DNA of 64,000 nucleotides, taken from positions 3,010 through 67,009 of the forward strand of contig CAOJXR010000006.1 of assembly GCA_948465565.1 (NCBI GenBank). The letters run 5' to 3'. Below are positions 59,515 through 64,000 of this stretch, one piece after another (position 1 is the first letter of the stretch; every line of letters begins with the position of its first letter). This stretch comes from an uncultured Clostridium sp. (GTDB lineage Bacteria; Bacillota; Clostridia; TANB77; CAG-508). The position numbers were made by a program, and so were the translations under genes. Under the pieces are notes generated by a model. It did no database searches. It saw only the letters and a list, made by a program, of their open reading frames with translations, and was not told the origin of the DNA.

Positions 59515-61368
59515 ATGATTATTGATAAAGTGAATTGGCCAGATGATGTAAAGAAGTTAACAATAAAAGAAAAAATAGAATTAGCAGAAGAATTAAGAGA
59601 AAAAACAATAAGTGCGGTTTCAAAAACTGGTGGTCATTTAGCTTCAAATTTGGGTGTTGTGGAACTTACGATTGCTCTTCATTCTTGTTTTAATATGCCC
59701 GAAGATAAGATTGTTTGGGATGTTGGACATCAGACCTATATTCATAAAATGCTGACTGGAAGAAAAGATAAATTTGACACATTGAGACAAATGGATGGGA
59801 TTGCTGGTTTTCCAAGAACGTCTGAGTCTGAATATGATAGTTTTGATACTGGACATAGCAGTACCTCTATTTCTGTTGCGCTTGGTATGGCTAGAGCAAG
59901 AGATGTTTTAGGAAAGAAACATAAGGTTGTTGCGGTTATTGGAGATGGTGCAATGACTGGAGGTATGGCGTTAGAGGCTTTAAATGACGCTGGGATTAGT
60001 AAGACTAATTTGATAGTTATTTTGAATGATAATGAGATGAGTATTTCTAAAAATACTGGTGGCTTGTCAATGTTTTTGGCTAAACTTAGAACTAAAAAGG
60101 CGTATATAAATTCTAATGTTTCTGCTAAGGATTTTATTAGAAAAATACCTGTTATTGGTGAGAAGATAGTTACGTTGACTGTTAAGTTGAAAAATAGTAT
60201 TAAGCAACTTATTATTCCTAAGATGTATTTTGAGAATATTGGATTTAGGTATTTGGGACCTATTAATGGGCATAGTATTCAAGATTTAGAGGAGATTTTT
60301 AATATTAGTAAAGAGCTTGATGGGCCTGTTCTTATACATGTTTTGACTAAAAAGGGAAAAGGATATAAGTTTGCTGAAGAGAATCCTAATAAATATCATT
60401 CTACATCTGCTTTTAATATTGAGACTGGTGAAAAGAAGTCTTCTTCTGGGAAAGATTATTCTAAAGTTATGGGAGACAAGCTTACAGAACTTGCTAGAAA
60501 TGATGATAAAATTGTTGCAGTTACTGCTGCAATGGAAGATGGGACTGGACTTCACAAGTTTGCTGAGGAATTTCCTAATAGATTTTTTGATGTTGAGATT
60601 GCTGAACAACATGCGTTAGGTATGGTTGCGGGAATGGCTAAAGAGGGATTGAAACCAGTTATTCCAATTTATTCTTCTTTTTTACAGAGAGGATATGACC
60701 AACTTATTCATGATATTGCTATGCAGGAATTACCTGTTGTAGTATGTGTTGATAGAGCTGGAATTGTTGGGAATGATGGGGAGACTCATCAGGGAATTTT
60801 GGATTTGTCTTTTTTGAATACTGTTCCTAAAATGAATGTAATTGCTCCAAAGAATTTTGAAGAACTTGAAAAAATGATAGAGTTTGCAGTTAATTTTGAT
60901 AAACCTATTGCAATTAGATATCCACGTGGTGGTGAGGGAAAATATCAATTTTCTAAGTGTGATGAGATTGTTTTAGGTAAGGCAGAGATGCTTAGAGAAG
61001 GTTCAGATGTGACTATTGTTGCTATTGGGAAAATGGTTTCTTATGCAATGGAGGTTGCTGATGAATTACAGAAGAAGGGAATTAAGGCTGAGGTAATAAA
61101 TGCTAGATTTGTGAAACCGATTGATAATGAGACTATAACTGGTTCTTTAGGAAAAACGAAGAGACTTGTTACAATTGAAGATAATGTGATTAATTGTGGC
61201 TTGGCAAGCTCTGTGAAAAGTGTTTTAGAGGAGGCTGAGGAAATAAGAGTGTTAAATGTAGGGTATCCAGATGAATTTGTTAAACATGGTACAGTTTCGG
61301 ATATTGAAAAGAAATATGGAATGGATGTTCAATCTATTGTTAAAAGAGTTTGTGAATTTTTGAAATAG
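59515..61368 (+). CDS. dxs: 1-deoxy-D-xylulose-5-phosphate synthase
   Basis: GGHLASNLG, WDVGHQTY.HK, GHSSTSIS, GDGAMTGG..LNDN, DGETHQG. Confidence 0.96.
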   Translation: MIIDKVNWPDDVKKLTIKEKIELAEELREKTISAVSKTGGHLASNLGVVELTIALHSCFNMPEDKIVWDVGHQTYIHKMLTGRKDKFDTLRQMDGIAGFPRTSESEYDSFDTGHSSTSISVALGMARARDVLGKKHKVVAVIGDGAMTGGMALEALNDAGISKTNLIVILNDNEMSISKNTGGLSMFLAKLRTKKAYINSNVSAKDFIRKIPVIGEKIVTLTVKLKNSIKQLIIPKMYFENIGFRYLGPINGHSIQDLEEIFNISKELDGPVLIHVLTKKGKGYKFAEENPNKYHSTSAFNIETGEKKSSSGKDYSKVMGDKLTELARNDDKIVAVTAAMEDGTGLHKFAEEFPNRFFDVEIAEQHALGMVAGMAKEGLKPVIPIYSSFLQRGYDQLIHDIAMQELPVVVCVDRAGIVGNDGETHQGILDLSFLNTVPKMNVIAPKNFEELEKMIEFAVNFDKPIAIRYPRGGEGKYQFSKCDEIVLGKAEMLREGSDVTIVAIGKMVSYAMEVADELQKKGIKAEVINARFVKPIDNETITGSLGKTKRLVTIEDNVINCGLASSVKSVLEEAEEIRVLNVGYPDEFVKHGTVSDIEKKYGMDVQSIVKRVCEFLK

Positions 61369-61388
61369 AAATATATTTATAATGACTG

Positions 61389-62193
61389 ATGAGAAAGGTG
61401 GATATTACAGTGCAATATGGTACTGAAAAGGATGAAGAGAGAATATTGCTTGCGAAGATTTTAGATAAGCAGAAATTTTGTTTATCTAAAAATAAAATTA
61501 CATATTCAGATTTTTTGAACCCAAAAGAGAAGACGATTATTCAGAAGAAAATGAAACTTAGGAATTGCTTTTTTTATGGTGTTTGTGATAATGCTGATAG
61601 GGAAGTTTTAGTTTTTTATCCTGAAAAGATGACTGAACAATTGGCTAAAAATGCTTTGAAAACAGAACTTGCGGTTATTAGAATAGAATTGCCTAATAAT
61701 CTAAATGGTGAGTATGAGCATAGGGATTATTTGTCTGTTTTGATGAGAATGGGGATGACTAGGGAAAAAATTGGGGATATTCTTGTTTTTCCTGATGGTG
61801 CTGATATTGTTGCTTTTGCAATAAATAAAGAATATATAATTCAGTCACTTGGAGAGTTTACTAGATTTAGGAAAGCTAGAATTTATGATGTTCGGATTAG
61901 AGGGTATTAGAGAAAAAGAGGAGAGTTTTGAGGAAAAAACGATTATTGTTTCAAGTATGAGAATTGATAATTTTGTTTCTGAACTTGTTGGTTGCTCTAG
62001 AAATAAATCGGAGGAATTTATAGATACAGAAAGAGTATATATAAATTATGAGCTTGTTACAAAGAACTCAAAGGTTGTAAACACAGGAGATATTGTTAAT
62101 ATTAGAGGAAAAGGGAAATTTATTATCGACGGATTGGTCAGAAATACAAAAAGCAACAAAAATGTAGTTGAAGTGAGAAAATTCGTGCAATAA
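61389..62193 (+). CDS. ylmH: YlmH-like S4 RNA-binding protein, split by +1 frameshift (CGG 61893)
   Basis: N-half SDFLNP, HRDYLS, REKIGDI; C-half in +1 frame SSMRIDN, SRNK, IRGKGK. Confidence 0.85.
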
Positions 62194-62295
62194 GGGAGAT
62201 TGACGAATTTTGCGAAAATAAAGCTTTGGTAACAGTTGCATATTTTGCACTAAAAATATATAATATTGTCATATTTATGATAGGTGAGAAGATTT

Positions 62296-62880
62296 ATGAA
62301 TAAAACGAAAAGAAAAATTTTCGAGGCATCTATGAAACTTTTTGCAGAAAAAGGTTATGATGCTACAAGTGTAGAGGAAATCACTGCAACAGTTGGTGTT
62401 GCAAAGGGAACTTTATATTATCATTTTTCTAGTAAAGAGGAAATTTATACTTTTTTATTGGAAGAGGGAACGAAGCTTTTAATTAATAATATTGATTTGA
62501 AGATTTCAAAATTGAATAATTCTATTGATAAATTAAGGGCTGTTGCGTTGTTACAATTAAGAATTATAACGAAATATCAGAACTTGATAACAATTTATTT
62601 GTCTCAGGTATGGGGAAGTAATGAACGTAATCAAAAGTGTCAGAAATATATAAATGATTATATTGATAAGATTGAAGAAATTGTAAAAGAAGGAATTGAG
62701 AAAGGTGAAATTAAGGATGGAGATAGTGGAATTATTGCTTCTGAGATTTTTGCTTTTACATGTGCAGGTTTAATGTTTAAAATTAAATCAGGTCAACCGC
62801 TTGATTTGAGAAAAGTGTGTACAGAATTTGATAATATGATATATGGCTTAGCCAAAGAAAGAGGAGAAGAAAATGTATAA
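62296..62880 (+). CDS. TetR/AcrR family regulator (FadR-like context)
   Basis: LFAEKGYDATSVEEI...GVAKGTLYYHFSSKEE; overlaps acyl-CoA ligase start. Confidence 0.92.
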   Translation: MNKTKRKIFEASMKLFAEKGYDATSVEEITATVGVAKGTLYYHFSSKEEIYTFLLEEGTKLLINNIDLKISKLNNSIDKLRAVALLQLRIITKYQNLITIYLSQVWGSNERNQKCQKYINDYIDKIEEIVKEGIEKGEIKDGDSGIIASEIFAFTCAGLMFKIKSGQPLDLRKVCTEFDNMIYGLAKERGEENV

Positions 62881-64000
62881 AGGTATATATGATTATGTTG
62901 AAATTACAGATATCAAAGATTTACTTGGAAAATCAGAAGCTAAATATGGGGATAAACCTGCTTTTAAGTTTAAGACTAATGTGCCAGGAGAATTTAGAAC
63001 AACATCATACAAGGAGTTTGCAGATGATGTAAATAATCTTGGAACTGCTTTAATAGCTTTAGGTTTAAAGGATAAGAGAATCGCTGTTATTTCTGAGAAT
63101 AGATATGAATGGTGCGTAGGATATATGGCAGTTGTTTGTGGTACTGGACTTGTTGTACCAATGGATAGAGCCTTGCCAGAGAATGAGATTAGAAGTATGA
63201 TAGAGCGTTCAGATGTTGAGGCTATTATTTATAGTAAAAAATACAATGAGATAATGGATAGAGTTAAGGAAGATAAAATTTCTAAAATTAAATGTTATAT
63301 TTCTATGGAAAGTGAAGTAGATAGTGATAAAGTCTTATCTATGAAGGAATTAATAGAAAAAGGTAAAGTGCTTAGAGAACAAGGTAATAGAGAGTTTGTT
63401 GATGCTGAAATTGATGCTAAGAAGATGTCAATAATGTTGTTTACTTCAGGTACTACATCTAAATCAAAGGCTGTTGCATTATCTCATAGAAATATATGTT
63501 CAAATATTGAGGCGATTGCTTCTATGTTTGATGTTAATCCAAAGGATACATTCCTTTCTTTTCTGCCATTACACCATACATTTGAGTCAACAGTTGGATT
63601 TTTATATCCAATGTATGCTGGTGCATGTATTGCATATTGTGATGGTATTAAGCATTTAGCTGATAATATTAGAGAGTATCAAATTTCAGTAATGATTTCT
63701 GTTCCAGTGTTATTTGAAAATATGTATAAAAAAGTTTTAAGAGGTATTGAGAAAAAGGGTAAGCTTGAGACTTTTAAAAAAGGTATGAAGATTAGTAAGT
63801 TTTTACACAAGTATTTACATATAGATATTAGAAAGAAAATTTTTAAAGATATTCATGAATTGCTTGGCGGAAATGTTAGATTGTTTATAAATGGTGCGGC
63901 TGCACTTGATCCAGAGGTTGAGCAGGGATTTAATGATATTGGAATTAATATGGCTCAAGGATATGGATTGACAGAGACTTCACCAGTTTTAAGTGCTGGA
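62873..64000 (+). CDS. long-chain fatty acyl-CoA ligase (AMP-binding), 3'-truncated by window
   Basis: Translated by hand: ISENRYEW, LFTSGTTSKSKAV, FLPLHHTFE, QGYGLTETSP; missing from ORF track because it has no stop in the window. Confidence 0.92.
   Translation, partial: MYKGIYDYVEITDIKDLLGKSEAKYGDKPAFKFKTNVPGEFRTTSYKEFADDVNNLGTALIALGLKDKRIAVISENRYEWCVGYMAVVCGTGLVVPMDRALPENEIRSMIERSDVEAIIYSKKYNEIMDRVKEDKISKIKCYISMESEVDSDKVLSMKELIEKGKVLREQGNREFVDAEIDAKKMSIMLFTSGTTSKSKAVALSHRNICSNIEAIASMFDVNPKDTFLSFLPLHHTFESTVGFLYPMYAGACIAYCDGIKHLADNIREYQISVMISVPVLFENMYKKVLRGIEKKGKLETFKKGMKISKFLHKYLHIDIRKKIFKDIHELLGGNVRLFINGAAALDPEVEQGFNDIGINMAQGYGLTETSPVLSAG

Overview
Chromosomal segment of a very AT-rich, probably spore-forming Clostridia-class bacterium (inferred from gene content, T-boxes, a Spo0A-like domain and a Firmicutes SOS box). 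Most genes lie on the G-rich + strand. The content is largely housekeeping: Lon-type protease, split transketolase, ftsEX-M23-M23-S41, four tRNAs, glmU, iscS, mltG, aspS and glyQS with T-boxes, trpS, obgE, lexA, mutS2, mreB, mtaB, gap-pgk-tpiA-gpmI-eno, dxs, ylmH and an acyl-CoA ligase. No intact mobile element, prophage or CRISPR array was seen. Main points: (1) by manual scan, the only two in-frame CGG codons in native genes sit at the +1 frame breaks of mtaB and ylmH, and skipping the C (C-GGN read as Gly) restores both proteins, which suggests CGG-directed +1 recoding. (2) A four-gene module holds a Spo0A-like regulator, an ECF sigma factor fused to a TM helix and an extracellular domain paralogous to the neighbouring secreted protein, and a caspase-fold-like pseudo-peptidase. 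(3) A LysR / divergent RtcB-like / histidine phosphatase unit follows tRNA-Gln. (4) A murL-murD2 alternative D-Glu peptidoglycan route is present. (5) aspS has a T-box with an Asn specifier. (6) There is a DnaA-box cluster away from dnaA, and a Trp-containing leader peptide before trpS. All calls come from reading motifs by eye; no database searches were run.
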